Source of the DNA: an uncultured Methanosarcinales archaeon
Lineage (GTDB): Archaea; Nanobdellota; Nanobdellia; Woesearchaeales; UBA525
DNA: 64,000 nucleotides
NCBI GenBank assembly: GCA_964589765.1
Contig: CAZPUM010000001.1
Location: 29,118-93,117 of the forward strand
Reading direction: 5' to 3'
Shown: one piece after another, positions 1 through 9,477 of the stretch
How positions within the stretch are numbered: the first letter of the stretch is position 1
How the letters are laid out: the number at the start of each line of letters is the position of its first letter
The notes under the pieces: model-generated
Told to the model about the DNA's origin: nothing
The model's database searches: none
The model's input: only the letters and a program-made list of their open reading frames with translations
Position numbers and translations under genes: made by a program

Positions 1-110
1 AGACCTTGTTGTTAGCCAGGATGACTTCGTCAATGTCCCCGAAATAGTCACCACTGTCTGTGAAAACCTTCATCTCGTACGTCTCGGAAACGCGCTTCAT
101 GTTCAACATA
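1..110 (-). CDS. N-terminal fragment of a gene that continues past the window edge; start is an ATG whose reverse complement lies at about 108-110. The fragment reads MLNMKRVSETYEMKVFTDSGDYFGDIDEVIL and may be PRC-barrel-like.
   Basis: Reverse-complement translation of 1-110 gives an open frame from ATG to the window edge. The product call rests on weak motif similarity only. Confidence 0.3.
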
Positions 111-217
111 TTTTACCACCTGTAAGTATTCCAGAGTAAAAAACATGCTCTCCCCCAACTATTTAAGCATTTCGCACCGACGAATAGACCTTCTTAAACC
201 TCTACTGCACTGCCTTG

Positions 218-227
218 TATAAAAACC
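218..227 (+). promoter_or_regulatory. Archaeal TATA box (tgtataaaaa) preceding the GC-rich island; coordinates approximate.
   Basis: A TATA-like octamer with upstream purine-rich BRE-like bases sits about 25 nt before the onset of a GC-rich, hairpin-rich segment. Confidence 0.35.
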
Positions 228-235
228 AAGGCGTG

Positions 236-425
236 AGTGTGGGGCAAGGGACCCCACATTACGAACGCCGGAACAAATACCTGTGGGTCAGGCAGGAATA
301 CGCAGTGCCACCTAACTCTCATGCTTTGTCGTATTTTGCCTCGCTCCGCTACGGCCAGGGTCTCGGCTCTCGCCCGATTTCCTTCAGAAATACTCGAGCC
401 TCGGGTTTGACTCAGGACAAAGCAC
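236..425 (+). ncRNA. Candidate structured ncRNA, class unresolved (SRP RNA or RNase P RNA are the main possibilities).
   Basis: A local GC spike in AT-rich DNA. A strong 7-bp hairpin (tgtgggg/ccccaca) and an alternative pairing partner (tgtgggt) lie about 30 nt downstream. A GUCAGG...GGAA...GCAG motif is reminiscent of SRP RNA helix 8. The overlapping ORF 215..637 has no recognisable protein features. Confidence 0.25.
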
Positions 426-679
426 TTAAAAACAGGAAGAGAATCCTTAAAGAGATGAAAAAAGACCCTGGATACTACCCGATTGGTCATTACTGGACGA
501 ACAATGACTTGCCCGAAAAATTTGGCGAGGGACCTAAAACTCTGATTCCAGAAGGATGGATGCCACTACCGAAGAAACCACTCAGAGAGCTTGAAGGGGC
601 CTACTTCCAATGTGGAAATCATTATCACTTCTATTGAACCACCCCAGCATTTATATATCAAATACTCGGTTCGGTTTTT

Positions 680-1849
680 ATGAGCATTAAGGACGCGGAT
701 ATGGGGGACGATAAAGCCCGAGAGATAGAGTTCCGACTAACTGAGGAAATCTCGGCCTTAGAAGAAGAGAATCAACTTCTTAGGCAGTCCGTTACACAAC
801 TCCGTACAGAAATCGACAGGTACAGAAGCCCAGCACTTCTTGTAGCGGAGCTCATTGACCTTATTCAGAAGGACGGCAGGAGAATGGCAATTATCCGCGT
901 CCCAAACGGCAACAAGTTCCTAGTAGAAGTATCCTCAGACGCTGAAAATCTGAGACCAGGAATAAGCATTGTTGTCGAGCAAAAAAATCTCACAGTCATT
1001 GAAGAGATCAACGAAGGAGCCAACTTCAACGTTGAACAGTATGTGATTATCAACAAACCAGAAGTTAAGTGGACAGATATCGGCGGACTTGCTGACCAAG
1101 TCAGAGAAATACAAGAGGTTATCGAGCTTCCACTAGAAAAACCCGAACTTTTCAAGAAAGTAGGAATCACACCACCAAAAGGAATTCTGCTACACGGCCC
1201 TCCAGGAACTGGAAAGACACTTATGGCAAAGGCTGTTGCTAACAGCACAGGCAGTACATTCATCGAAGTAGTCGGTTCTGAACTTGTTCAGAAGTTCATC
1301 GGCGAGGGAGCCAAACTGGTCAAAGAGATATTCGACCTCGCGCGCTCCAAAGCGCCAGCGATTGTATTCATAGACGAGATTGACTCGCTCGCAGCAAAGA
1401 GAATAGAACTCGGAACAAGTGGCGAGCGAGAGGTTCAGAGAACATTCATGCAACTCCTTGCCGAGATTGACGGGTTCAACAACCTTGGCAATGTCAAAAT
1501 CATAGGCGCCACCAACAGAAAGGACATACTCGACCCGGCAATCATCAGACCGGGTAGACTGGACCGACTCATAGAAGTCCCCGCTCCGGATATTGACGGC
1601 CTAAAACAGATTTTCAAAATCCACACCAAAAACATGAAGATTAGCAAGAAGACAAACATAGACAAAGTCCTAAGATTCATGAAAGGGTTCACAGGAGCAG
1701 AAGTAAAAGCTACAGTCACAGAGGCAGGTTACTTTGCTATTCGCGAGGACAGGACAACTGTAAAGGAAGAGGACCTCCTTTCAGGTATTGAAAAGGTCAA
1801 CAGAGAAGAAAAACTCGAAGGCCACGACTATATGAACATGTTCGGCTAG
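680..1849 (+). CDS. pan: Proteasome-activating nucleotidase (PAN), an AAA+ ATPase.
   Basis: N-terminal coiled coil; Walker A GPPGTGKT; Walker B IVFIDEID; AAA lid; length about 390 aa, typical of archaeal PAN. Confidence 0.9.
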   Translation: MSIKDADMGDDKAREIEFRLTEEISALEEENQLLRQSVTQLRTEIDRYRSPALLVAELIDLIQKDGRRMAIIRVPNGNKFLVEVSSDAENLRPGISIVVEQKNLTVIEEINEGANFNVEQYVIINKPEVKWTDIGGLADQVREIQEVIELPLEKPELFKKVGITPPKGILLHGPPGTGKTLMAKAVANSTGSTFIEVVGSELVQKFIGEGAKLVKEIFDLARSKAPAIVFIDEIDSLAAKRIELGTSGEREVQRTFMQLLAEIDGFNNLGNVKIIGATNRKDILDPAIIRPGRLDRLIEVPAPDIDGLKQIFKIHTKNMKISKKTNIDKVLRFMKGFTGAEVKATVTEAGYFAIREDRTTVKEEDLLSGIEKVNREEKLEGHDYMNMFG

Positions 1850-1936
1850 TATTATAAGTCAGAACATATTCTGCTAATTACGCGCAATGACGATGTGAAC
1901 ACCCAGGTAGCCTTAGGGCAATGACCGTCGGATGTA

Positions 1937-2066
1937 ACTGCCGAGCGCGTATTCTACACACTCGCAGAAGTTTGAGGAAACCCCAAACCAACTGCCGAGC
2001 GCGTATTCTACACACTCGCAGAAGTTTGAGGAAACCCCAAACCAACTGCCGAACGCGTACTTCTCA
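1937..2066. repeat. Tandem direct repeat, about 54-bp unit, two full copies plus a partial third.
   Basis: aactgccgagcgcgtattctacacactcgcagaagtttgaggaaaccccaaacc is repeated head-to-tail twice, followed by a degenerate partial copy (aactgccgaacgcgtacttctc). Confidence 0.8.
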
Positions 2067-2111
2067 ATATCTGCTGAAAACAATAAAAGCATAACCTCAA
2101 TCCTATAAAGA

Positions 2112-2519
2112 ATGGGTAGAAGGGGTATGTTGGTAGCAGTTACGATCTGCGGTTTTTTATGTTGTGGAAGTCCTACTAACGCAGGAAAGTACTATGAGTC
2201 CAAAAAACCAATAATACCACACTATATTATCCCATCCACGACCGCATGTAAACCCAACTGGCACAAGAAGTTCGCGGATTGGGCGCTAAACCCTAAATCA
2301 GTTGACAACACTTATTCCATGGCAGCCATAGAACTTAGTGATGGCCGAAAAAGGGTTTTCTATTGGACTAGCACAGGATATTCAGATTCTTTCAGAGCAA
2401 TGGATACCCACGCAAAAATTGTAGGAACCTATGATAATGGAAAAAGATGGCAGACAATCGTAGATTTTAGTAGGGGTGTAAAAAAACAACAGAAACCCCA
2501 AGAAATTCCTAGCCAATAA
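2112..2519 (+). CDS. Small secreted hypothetical protein with an N-terminal signal peptide.
   Basis: Hydrophobic N-terminus MLVAVTICGFLCCGS; no recognisable domain. Confidence 0.35.
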   Translation: MGRRGMLVAVTICGFLCCGSPTNAGKYYESKKPIIPHYIIPSTTACKPNWHKKFADWALNPKSVDNTYSMAAIELSDGRKRVFYWTSTGYSDSFRAMDTHAKIVGTYDNGKRWQTIVDFSRGVKKQQKPQEIPSQ

Positions 2520-3531
2520 CCGCGTCAATACATATTCTCCAGACTCGCGGAGCGTGTTGACCTGCTTTTATGACTTCATAAGACAACAAACGCCTGTTCT
2601 TTTTCTCAACAACACGCCTGAGTGTGCTTATGGCACGGTCAAATTCGCCCTCCTGCTCAAAAGTATAACAGTGGATTGTTCCTCCTTTTTTAGTCACACT
2701 CAAAACAAGCTCTATAAAATCCATCGCAGACTCAGGAAGAGGCATTGTGATTCTGTCAAATTTCTCATCGTGCAATTTAGGAACAATATCTTTTGCGTCT
2801 CCTCTGAGCAAACGGACATTGGTACACCTATTCTTTCCAATGTTCTCAAGAGCAAGCTGGTGTGCTTGGGGATTAATCTCAACCCCCACTATTCTATCCG
2901 CAGATGTATGAACACTAAAAGTTATAGGGTAAGGACCAACACCAGAAAAAAGACATAGAATGTCCTCCCCGGGTTTTATCATCTCGGCAATTCTCTTTCT
3001 TTCTGTTGCCATTCTGACACTATAATACGCATCTTCAACATTAACACGAAGTTTTATCCCGTTCTCTATAACGGTTGCTATTCTAGTGTCCTCCCCTGCC
3101 AGAAACTCCAGAGGTTGTAGTCTGAATGTTCCTGAACGGCCTCCTGCTTTCTTCAACACAGTCTTTATTGACGGGTTCATTTCAAGCAGTTTTTCAGCCA
3201 GAACCTTTTGTTTTGATTCCAGTTCAGGCATTATCTCTATTATCGCTATTGAGCCTACCTGGTCAAAGGCGGTTCTCAAGTGCTCTTTCTCTTCATTTGA
3301 GAGCAAAGGTTCAATCGCCTCCTTCCAGCTACACGGAACCAGTCTTTCCTGTGCCTCTTCTCTCACAAACTCAACATCAAAATCCCAAGGAGGTCCAAAC
3401 TCCCTCACGACGGGAAAAACTATCCCGTCTGCCTGATGAAGAACACTAAATGACTTATCCAGCAGGTTATTGTCTACCAGGTACTGTTTCACTTTTTCCG
3501 CTTCCCTAAAAGGGACTTTAAGGCCAATCAC
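2509..3531 (-). CDS. trm5: tRNA (guanine37-N1)-methyltransferase of the Trm5/Taw2 (Met-10+) family.
   Basis: Class I SAM methyltransferase core (GVGPYPI, VEINP) with the archaeal Trm5 N-terminal D1/D2 architecture; about 340 aa. Confidence 0.75.
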   Translation of the reverse strand: MIGLKVPFREAEKVKQYLVDNNLLDKSFSVLHQADGIVFPVVREFGPPWDFDVEFVREEAQERLVPCSWKEAIEPLLSNEEKEHLRTAFDQVGSIAIIEIMPELESKQKVLAEKLLEMNPSIKTVLKKAGGRSGTFRLQPLEFLAGEDTRIATVIENGIKLRVNVEDAYYSVRMATERKRIAEMIKPGEDILCLFSGVGPYPITFSVHTSADRIVGVEINPQAHQLALENIGKNRCTNVRLLRGDAKDIVPKLHDEKFDRITMPLPESAMDFIELVLSVTKKGGTIHCYTFEQEGEFDRAISTLRRVVEKKNRRLLSYEVIKAGQHAPRVWRICIDAVIG

Positions 3532-3555
3532 ACAGTAAGAATTTCAGTTATCTTA

Positions 3556-4206
3556 TTACTTCTTGCGCTTTTTTTGCTCTCCAAGCTTAATTCTGCCTGA
3601 TTTATCCACGTAAAGCCTTCCCTCCCTTAGGTCGCTTAGAATATTAAGTGATTCGGCAACATCCTTCTCAACCTTGAGGTTCACCTGATAGTCCAGGTCT
3701 GCTCGCATCTCGCTTTTGTCTGCTAGAATGTTCTGTGATATCAAAATGAAAGTTGCAAGGAAAATTGCTTCCAAGCTAACAACAAGGACGAGGAACTGAA
3801 AGGGGTATGGGTCGAACCCACCATATAGCATCAGATTTCTGGAGCCAGTATTCAGGTATATCCAGCTTCCAAACCAAATAATATGGAACCACACAAACCA
3901 TATGTTTCCCGCAAAATCTGCAATGGATTGAGCAAGTTTTACACTCCACCCTTCAACATGAGAAAATTCCGAGTTCAGGTTCTTGCTTACAAAATGAAGA
4001 ACCTCGTTTGTCTTGTACCATCCTTGTTCGTGACTTGGCAAAGAGCAGTCTGGACAAGGAGTAAAATTCTCTCCTTTTTTGAAGGGTGTTATTTGCTCAC
4101 ATTCACTACACTCATACATAGCAGAGGTTGGTACCTCCTCGGTCAATCTAAACTCGTGCTTGAACTTATTGATAATGCTTGTTGAATGGTGCTCACCCTC
4201 ACTCAT
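3556..4206 (-). CDS. DUF1003-family membrane protein with an N-terminal zinc ribbon.
   Basis: CxxC...CxxC at the N-terminus. Two TM helices with the conserved GSWxYL...FDPYPF...SLEAIFL...QN motif of DUF1003. Confidence 0.55.
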   Translation of the reverse strand: MSEGEHHSTSIINKFKHEFRLTEEVPTSAMYECSECEQITPFKKGENFTPCPDCSLPSHEQGWYKTNEVLHFVSKNLNSEFSHVEGWSVKLAQSIADFAGNIWFVWFHIIWFGSWIYLNTGSRNLMLYGGFDPYPFQFLVLVVSLEAIFLATFILISQNILADKSEMRADLDYQVNLKVEKDVAESLNILSDLREGRLYVDKSGRIKLGEQKKRKK

Positions 4207-4281
4207 TACCTGTTTTATAAGAAACTGTCTTTTAAATTATACTGTGGAAAACCTTATGAACAACCACGCGAAGGCCACTCC

Positions 4282-5610
4282 ATGGTGGAGAGACTCCCAG
4301 ACTGGGAGGGCAAGATTGAAGCCTTGACCCAGGAGGGACTTGGCGTTGGTAATTTCGAGGTAGAGGAAAACGGAAAAAAGTTCACTAGACCTATCTTTAT
4401 TCCGTTTACAGTCCCTGGAGATACCATTTCAGCCAAAATTAAAGAGAGTAAAGGAAAGTACAATTTTGGAGAGCTTGAGAGGGTCATTGAACCATCAGAA
4501 AACAGAATCGAACCCCGATGCCCTCATTTCACAATTTGTGGCGGGTGTAATCTTCAGCACGTGAAATACGAGACACAGCTTGGCGAAAAAGCCAGACAAA
4601 TCAAGTATCTTCTTGAAAGAAAGGGCATCACTATTCCTGAAAATATCAAGGTTTGGCCCTCCAGAAAACTGCACAAATACAGATGGCGTGCGAGGGTCGC
4701 AGTCGGATTTGGGCAGGGTATACGGGCGGGTTTCAGGAAGGCACACTCAAGAGAGATTGTTAAAATCAACCAATGCTACATTGTCGCCGGCGAAGTTATG
4801 GAGTTTATCGAACTTCTTAACCAACAAAAGTCAGAGCCCAAAGAGACGGAGGTTGAAATCACTGTTGTCACAGGGCAAAAACAGAAAGTGGGCATTTTAG
4901 TTCATCTCGACAAAACTAAAGAGACTGAGTACCTTAAGGAGTTCTTTTCAAACCTGTACGCGAACAACAGGAAACTGATCGGGAACCTTTTCTTTGAACA
5001 AAATGACCAAGTAAAAACCATAGGACAGGTTCAGGAACATATCACTTATCCTCTTGGAGATATGGAGTTCATGTTTCTTCCTGAAACTTTCATTCAGGCC
5101 AACATCCTGACAAACGACCTTTTAGTTAAGAGGGCAACTGAGCTTCTGTTCAAAGACCAAGACCCTCGTGATGCTGTTGTTTTAGATCTTTATGCAGGCA
5201 TAGGAAATTTCTCTTTGCCAATCGCTAGAATGTGCAAAGAGGTTATAGCTGTGGAGGGCCAAAAGAGTTCAGTTCTGGCTGGTGAGGCAAACGCTCTAAG
5301 GAATAAAGTGGATAATGTCAAGTTTGTACACAGTCCTACGGGAAAATTTCTTGGTAAGTACCGAAAGAAAAGTTCTAAAGCATCACACGCCATTATTGAC
5401 CCCCCAAGAACGGGTGTTTCTGACAAAGCGATGAAAGACTTATTGGGCTCTGAGATACCCAGAATTGTGTATGTGAGCTGTAATCCTATATCACTTTCTA
5501 AGGACCTACTCAAATTAAAAGAAAGGTATGACATCACTGAAATACTCGGTGTTGATATGTTTCCCGACGTGAGCCATGTTGAGGTTGTCGTACTACTTGA
5601 CAAAAAATAA
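4282..5610 (+). CDS. RNA (uracil-5)-methyltransferase of the RumA/TrmA family, with TRAM domain, Fe-S cysteines and a SAM methyltransferase core.
   Basis: TRAM-like N-terminus; CPHFTICGGCNLQH cluster; DLYAGIGNFSLP SAM motif; catalytic SCNP near the C-terminus. The internal start MVERL avoids overlap with the upstream gene. Confidence 0.8.
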   Translation: MVERLPDWEGKIEALTQEGLGVGNFEVEENGKKFTRPIFIPFTVPGDTISAKIKESKGKYNFGELERVIEPSENRIEPRCPHFTICGGCNLQHVKYETQLGEKARQIKYLLERKGITIPENIKVWPSRKLHKYRWRARVAVGFGQGIRAGFRKAHSREIVKINQCYIVAGEVMEFIELLNQQKSEPKETEVEITVVTGQKQKVGILVHLDKTKETEYLKEFFSNLYANNRKLIGNLFFEQNDQVKTIGQVQEHITYPLGDMEFMFLPETFIQANILTNDLLVKRATELLFKDQDPRDAVVLDLYAGIGNFSLPIARMCKEVIAVEGQKSSVLAGEANALRNKVDNVKFVHSPTGKFLGKYRKKSSKASHAIIDPPRTGVSDKAMKDLLGSEIPRIVYVSCNPISLSKDLLKLKERYDITEILGVDMFPDVSHVEVVVLLDKK

Positions 5611-5821
5611 TTAATTTCGTTATAGCAACTATTGATTTCTACCTTATTGAAATAAAATTTTTTAAATCCATATAGAAAGTAAATATCAAAATCAATACTA
5701 AAAACAACCAATTTAGTCTTAGAGAGGCTGAAACCTCCTAAAAACCAAATATTAGGGTTTTTTTCAAGACGGGATAACAATAAAAACAGGTAGTTCCCAA
5801 CCACCCTAGGGGGTTGATGAG

Positions 5822-7213
5822 TTGGCGATTGACCATAAAGACGCCAAAAAACTACTAAGTCAACTGGTCGTCAGACTGGAAAGAGTTGCTGTTTACGCAG
5901 ACGCAATGTACTCAGAGAACTCTACTTCTGTATACGCAAAAGACAAAACAGGCATACAGATGCACAACGACCAAGACGAAGGTGTCAAACTTCGCGCATT
6001 CGATGGTTCTAAGTTTCATGAAGCAGGAGTTCAGGGATTCAACCCAACAGCGCTGAAAAAAGCAACAGAACAACTGGTCGAGAGGGTTAAAAAATCCGAA
6101 AGAGGAATACAACTCACTCTGAAAATAGATAGGAAAACAAAAACAGCCCACTACACAACAATCGGCAAAGAAGACCCAAGGACCGTCGAGCCCAAAAGAA
6201 AAACAGAACTTCTTGAAAAAATTCACAAAGAGGTAATTGAAAAAGGGTTCCTTGAATGCCAAATGAGGTATCAGGAACAGACTGAACAGAGACTTTTCGT
6301 TAACAGATTCAAACAATTATCCAGCGAGTGGACGGGTTGTGTTCTAACAGTTATGCCGATGGTACAGGCCAAAACGGGAGAGATTAGAAGTGATTTCTTT
6401 AGGCGTTTTGGAAACGGGTTTGAAGTGACCGAGTTTAGTGAAGAAGAACTTGACAAAGTTCTGAAAAGAACCAAGAAACTCGAGAAGTCTAAACGAATCA
6501 AACCAGGAAAATACAAAGTGGTCCTGGCACCAAACGTAGCAGGGCTTCTCGCTCACGAAAGTTTTGGACACGGAATGGAAGCAGACACTATCCTTCACGG
6601 CAGAGCAAGAGCCGAACAGTATATCGGAAAAAGAATCGCATCCCCAAAAGTGAATATATGCGAAAACCCAGGATACGAAGGGGCTTACGGATACCTGTCC
6701 TTCGATGATGAAGGAATGATTCCCAATGAGATTTTCATGGTTGAACGCGGCGTAGTAAGAGACCCGTTGACAGACCTGGCAAGCGCCTCCAGAGGAGGTT
6801 TCAGGCGGAGCGCAAACGGCAGGTCAGAGGCTTTCGACCGAAAAGTGTACGCAAGAATGACAAACACCTACTTTAAGTCGGGAAAAGATTCGGTCGAGAA
6901 ACTAATAAAATCTGTGAAAGAAGGATACTATCTTCACTATGGAACCGCAGGAATGGAAGACCCACGAGGTTGGGGAGTACAGCTCTCAGGCATCCTTGCT
7001 GAAAAAATAAAGAATGGAAAACTGACAGGGGAACTTGTTGCCGAAGTTTCCATGGGGGGTTACCTGCCCGAAATTCTAAATAACATTACAGGAGTCGGTT
7101 CCGACTTCGAGATAGTTCACGACGCAGGACACTGCGCAAAAAACACAAAGGAGTGGGTGCGCGTTAGTAGTGGCGGACCCCACCTCTTGATTAAGGAGGT
7201 GCCTTTGTCATGA
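5822..7213 (+). CDS. tldD: TldD-family metallopeptidase; a TTG start is predicted.
   Basis: HESFGH (HExxxH) motif; TldD/PmbA fold signature GGxxxxxG; about 460 aa. Confidence 0.8.
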   Translation: MAIDHKDAKKLLSQLVVRLERVAVYADAMYSENSTSVYAKDKTGIQMHNDQDEGVKLRAFDGSKFHEAGVQGFNPTALKKATEQLVERVKKSERGIQLTLKIDRKTKTAHYTTIGKEDPRTVEPKRKTELLEKIHKEVIEKGFLECQMRYQEQTEQRLFVNRFKQLSSEWTGCVLTVMPMVQAKTGEIRSDFFRRFGNGFEVTEFSEEELDKVLKRTKKLEKSKRIKPGKYKVVLAPNVAGLLAHESFGHGMEADTILHGRARAEQYIGKRIASPKVNICENPGYEGAYGYLSFDDEGMIPNEIFMVERGVVRDPLTDLASASRGGFRRSANGRSEAFDRKVYARMTNTYFKSGKDSVEKLIKSVKEGYYLHYGTAGMEDPRGWGVQLSGILAEKIKNGKLTGELVAEVSMGGYLPEILNNITGVGSDFEIVHDAGHCAKNTKEWVRVSSGGPHLLIKEVPLS

Positions 7214-8898
7214 GTCCTAAGAAACCTGCCAAAAAAGCTGCTAAAAAAGGCAAGAAGGTTGTAAAGAAGGTCGTGAAAAAAAAGGTCGTGAAAAAATCTT
7301 CCAAGAAAAAAATAGTGAAGAGAATTACTAAACCTACAAAAGTTAAGAAAATCACCAAAAAAACAACCAAACCCAAAAAAGTTGCAAAAAAAGGCAAGAA
7401 GGTTGTAAAGAAGGTTGTAAAAAAATCTTCCAAGAAAAAAACAGCTAAAAAACCAACCCCAAAAAAAATTACCAAGAAACCCAAAAAAGAGATTAGAAAA
7501 GAGCTGGAGAAAAAACTTCTGATATCAGTATCAACACCTCAACCCAAGAAAAATATAGATTACCCTGTTCTTGAAGGAGCAAACATAACAAGAATTGAGG
7601 TTGCAAAAGATATTCTCAAAGAGATGAAAAAGAAACATCTCATCACAGACTGGAAAATCAACGCACTAAGCGTGAACAGAGCTAATATCTACACTGGAAA
7701 GGAGTTTGAGATTGAGAATCAGCTTACAGCTTATCGCGAAGATGTCACAGTAACAATCTACAAACGCCACAAAAACAACACAATGGGCGACGCACAGATT
7801 CAAATCACAAGCCATCTGAAACGCGACATAAGACAAGCACTGAACAAAGCTCTGCCTGTTTGTGAAGTGGCAAATAGAAAAGCGTTCCAACTACCTGAAC
7901 CTGTAGCAGACATCGAATTCCCAGAAGGACACGACAAAGAGATGTGGAATCTTTTCCAAACCGACAACAGCCTTGAGGTACCTCAAACAATTCTTGGCAA
8001 AGCAAAAAAGGCAAAATTACAGGAAGCACACATATCACAGTTTGAGGTCTTAACTTCAGCAAGTACACACAGAATCCTGAACAGTGAAGGCATAGACATC
8101 AGTTTCAAAAAAACTGCAGTGTATATCGAGGCAGCAATCCAGTCAGGAGACCAGGAGTTCTACACGAGCAGGTCAGGGGTTAGTCCCGTTCAGTTCGATA
8201 CAACAGAGATACTTGAGGATGCTGCTCTCCGCGCAAAAGATGCGGACTCCTCCAAAAAGGTAGAACCTTTCAAAGGGGATGTTCTCTTGACAAACGAATC
8301 ACTAGTCCAGTTTATGGCCAAGGGCGATGACATCAATCCTATTTTCATTCATGCCCTTGCGAGATGTGAACTTTTGGGAATGTCCAGACTTACAAAGGGA
8401 GAGCCAATAGGAGAATTCACAGGAGAATACCCTACAATCATGATTAATCCTAACCTACCGCTCGGGCTCATGACTGCCCCTGTTGATGATGATGGCACCC
8501 ATCTGAAAAACTACACTCTGTTCAGAAATGGAGTCTTCAGACGGCATATTGCGCCAGCAAGAGAAGCACAAGAACTTGGTGTGGAAGCAACAGGTCAGAT
8601 AAGTAACATCCACATTCAGGATGGTGCAACCCGTGAAGAACATCTACGGGGAGGAAACTACATAGAAATAGTGAGTTTTAGCTGGTTCCACCCCGACCCT
8701 TACTCAGGAGATTTCTCCGCAGAAATCCGCTTGGGTTACAAGTGGTATATGGGTAAAAAAACTCCCTTCAGAGGGGGCTTCTTTGTTGGCAACATTTTCA
8801 ACAGCATACTTTCTGTGAGGTTTTCTAAAGAGATTATGCAAGAAGGATATTATTATGGCCCCCGAGCAATGCTTTTCAAGGATGGTGAGATTCAGTAA
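7210..8898 (+). CDS. tldE: TldE/PmbA-family protein with an N-terminal lysine-rich, histone-H1-like repeat extension of about 100 aa.
   Basis: The C-terminal about 350 aa match PmbA/TldE and lack HExxxH. There is an ATGA overlap with tldD. The N-terminus is KKVVKK/KKxTKK repeats encoded by an internally duplicated DNA segment. Confidence 0.7.
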   Translation: MSPKKPAKKAAKKGKKVVKKVVKKKVVKKSSKKKIVKRITKPTKVKKITKKTTKPKKVAKKGKKVVKKVVKKSSKKKTAKKPTPKKITKKPKKEIRKELEKKLLISVSTPQPKKNIDYPVLEGANITRIEVAKDILKEMKKKHLITDWKINALSVNRANIYTGKEFEIENQLTAYREDVTVTIYKRHKNNTMGDAQIQITSHLKRDIRQALNKALPVCEVANRKAFQLPEPVADIEFPEGHDKEMWNLFQTDNSLEVPQTILGKAKKAKLQEAHISQFEVLTSASTHRILNSEGIDISFKKTAVYIEAAIQSGDQEFYTSRSGVSPVQFDTTEILEDAALRAKDADSSKKVEPFKGDVLLTNESLVQFMAKGDDINPIFIHALARCELLGMSRLTKGEPIGEFTGEYPTIMINPNLPLGLMTAPVDDDGTHLKNYTLFRNGVFRRHIAPAREAQELGVEATGQISNIHIQDGATREEHLRGGNYIEIVSFSWFHPDPYSGDFSAEIRLGYKWYMGKKTPFRGGFFVGNIFNSILSVRFSKEIMQEGYYYGPRAMLFKDGEIQ

Positions 8899-9439
8899 CT
8901 CTGACCCAGTCCTGGGACAAATCATCTAGCTCCTCACACCGCACATTCATCTCTTCCCAACCAGTATAGTTGACATCAGCAGTCATAGTTGTGATAACAG
9001 GGCGCGTAGTTCTGAAAGAAAGCCCGAAGTACTGCCTAAGTAGAGATATCATAACAAGTCCGTTTCCTGCCCACACACTTTGATGCGCTTCGTAACTCTC
9101 AACAAAACTCGTGGTAAGAGAATTAAAGGTCTCATAAAGAGCGGTTTCAACCGTAGGAGGGCGGGGGACTAAAGTCTCGCCCTCGACCAGTTTTTCAACC
9201 AACCCATAATCCAGAACTCTTCCAACGACAAGTTGATTTAAGACATTCACCCGGTCTTTCCCAACAATTGAAATTTTTATGTCACGGTCAATATAATCAT
9301 TTAAATCAATGAAAGACTGGACCATCTCTTTGTATAAAAGGTCATAAGAACAAGGCATGCTGAAACCTGCATTAGAAAGCTCATAAGAAGTGTATACTGA
9401 ATTAGCAAGAATCTCGACATATTTTGAGTGCATAAGCAT
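8876..9439 (-). CDS. Hypothetical protein.
   Basis: A 187-aa ORF with a clean start, lying tail-to-tail with tldE; no recognisable motif. Confidence 0.35.
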   Translation of the reverse strand: MLMHSKYVEILANSVYTSYELSNAGFSMPCSYDLLYKEMVQSFIDLNDYIDRDIKISIVGKDRVNVLNQLVVGRVLDYGLVEKLVEGETLVPRPPTVETALYETFNSLTTSFVESYEAHQSVWAGNGLVMISLLRQYFGLSFRTTRPVITTMTADVNYTGWEEMNVRCEELDDLSQDWVRVTESHHP

Positions 9440-9477
9440 GGTACTGAAATAATGTTATTAAACATAACTGGCAAAAA

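Noticed and set aside
215-637. The 140-aa plus-strand ORF as a protein-coding gene.
   Set aside because: There is no motif, and the first half overlaps a GC-rich hairpin-rich segment with its own TATA box. It is more likely an ncRNA region plus random open frame. Uncertain.
1937-2066. Possible CRISPR array, because of the perfect direct repeats.
   Set aside because: The units abut with no spacers, there are only about 2.4 copies, and the unit length of 54 bp is atypical. No cas genes are nearby. It is classed as a tandem repeat.
4186-4281. Upstream start of the RumA-like methyltransferase adding 32 residues.
   Set aside because: It would overlap the convergent DUF1003 gene and adds a non-conserved hydrophobic peptide. 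The internal ATG (MVERL) fits the family N-terminus.
7191-7484. The 97-aa minus-strand ORF rich in F/L/T.
   Set aside because: It is the antisense reading of the Lys-repeat (AAG/AAA-rich) region of tldE, so it is a compositional artefact.
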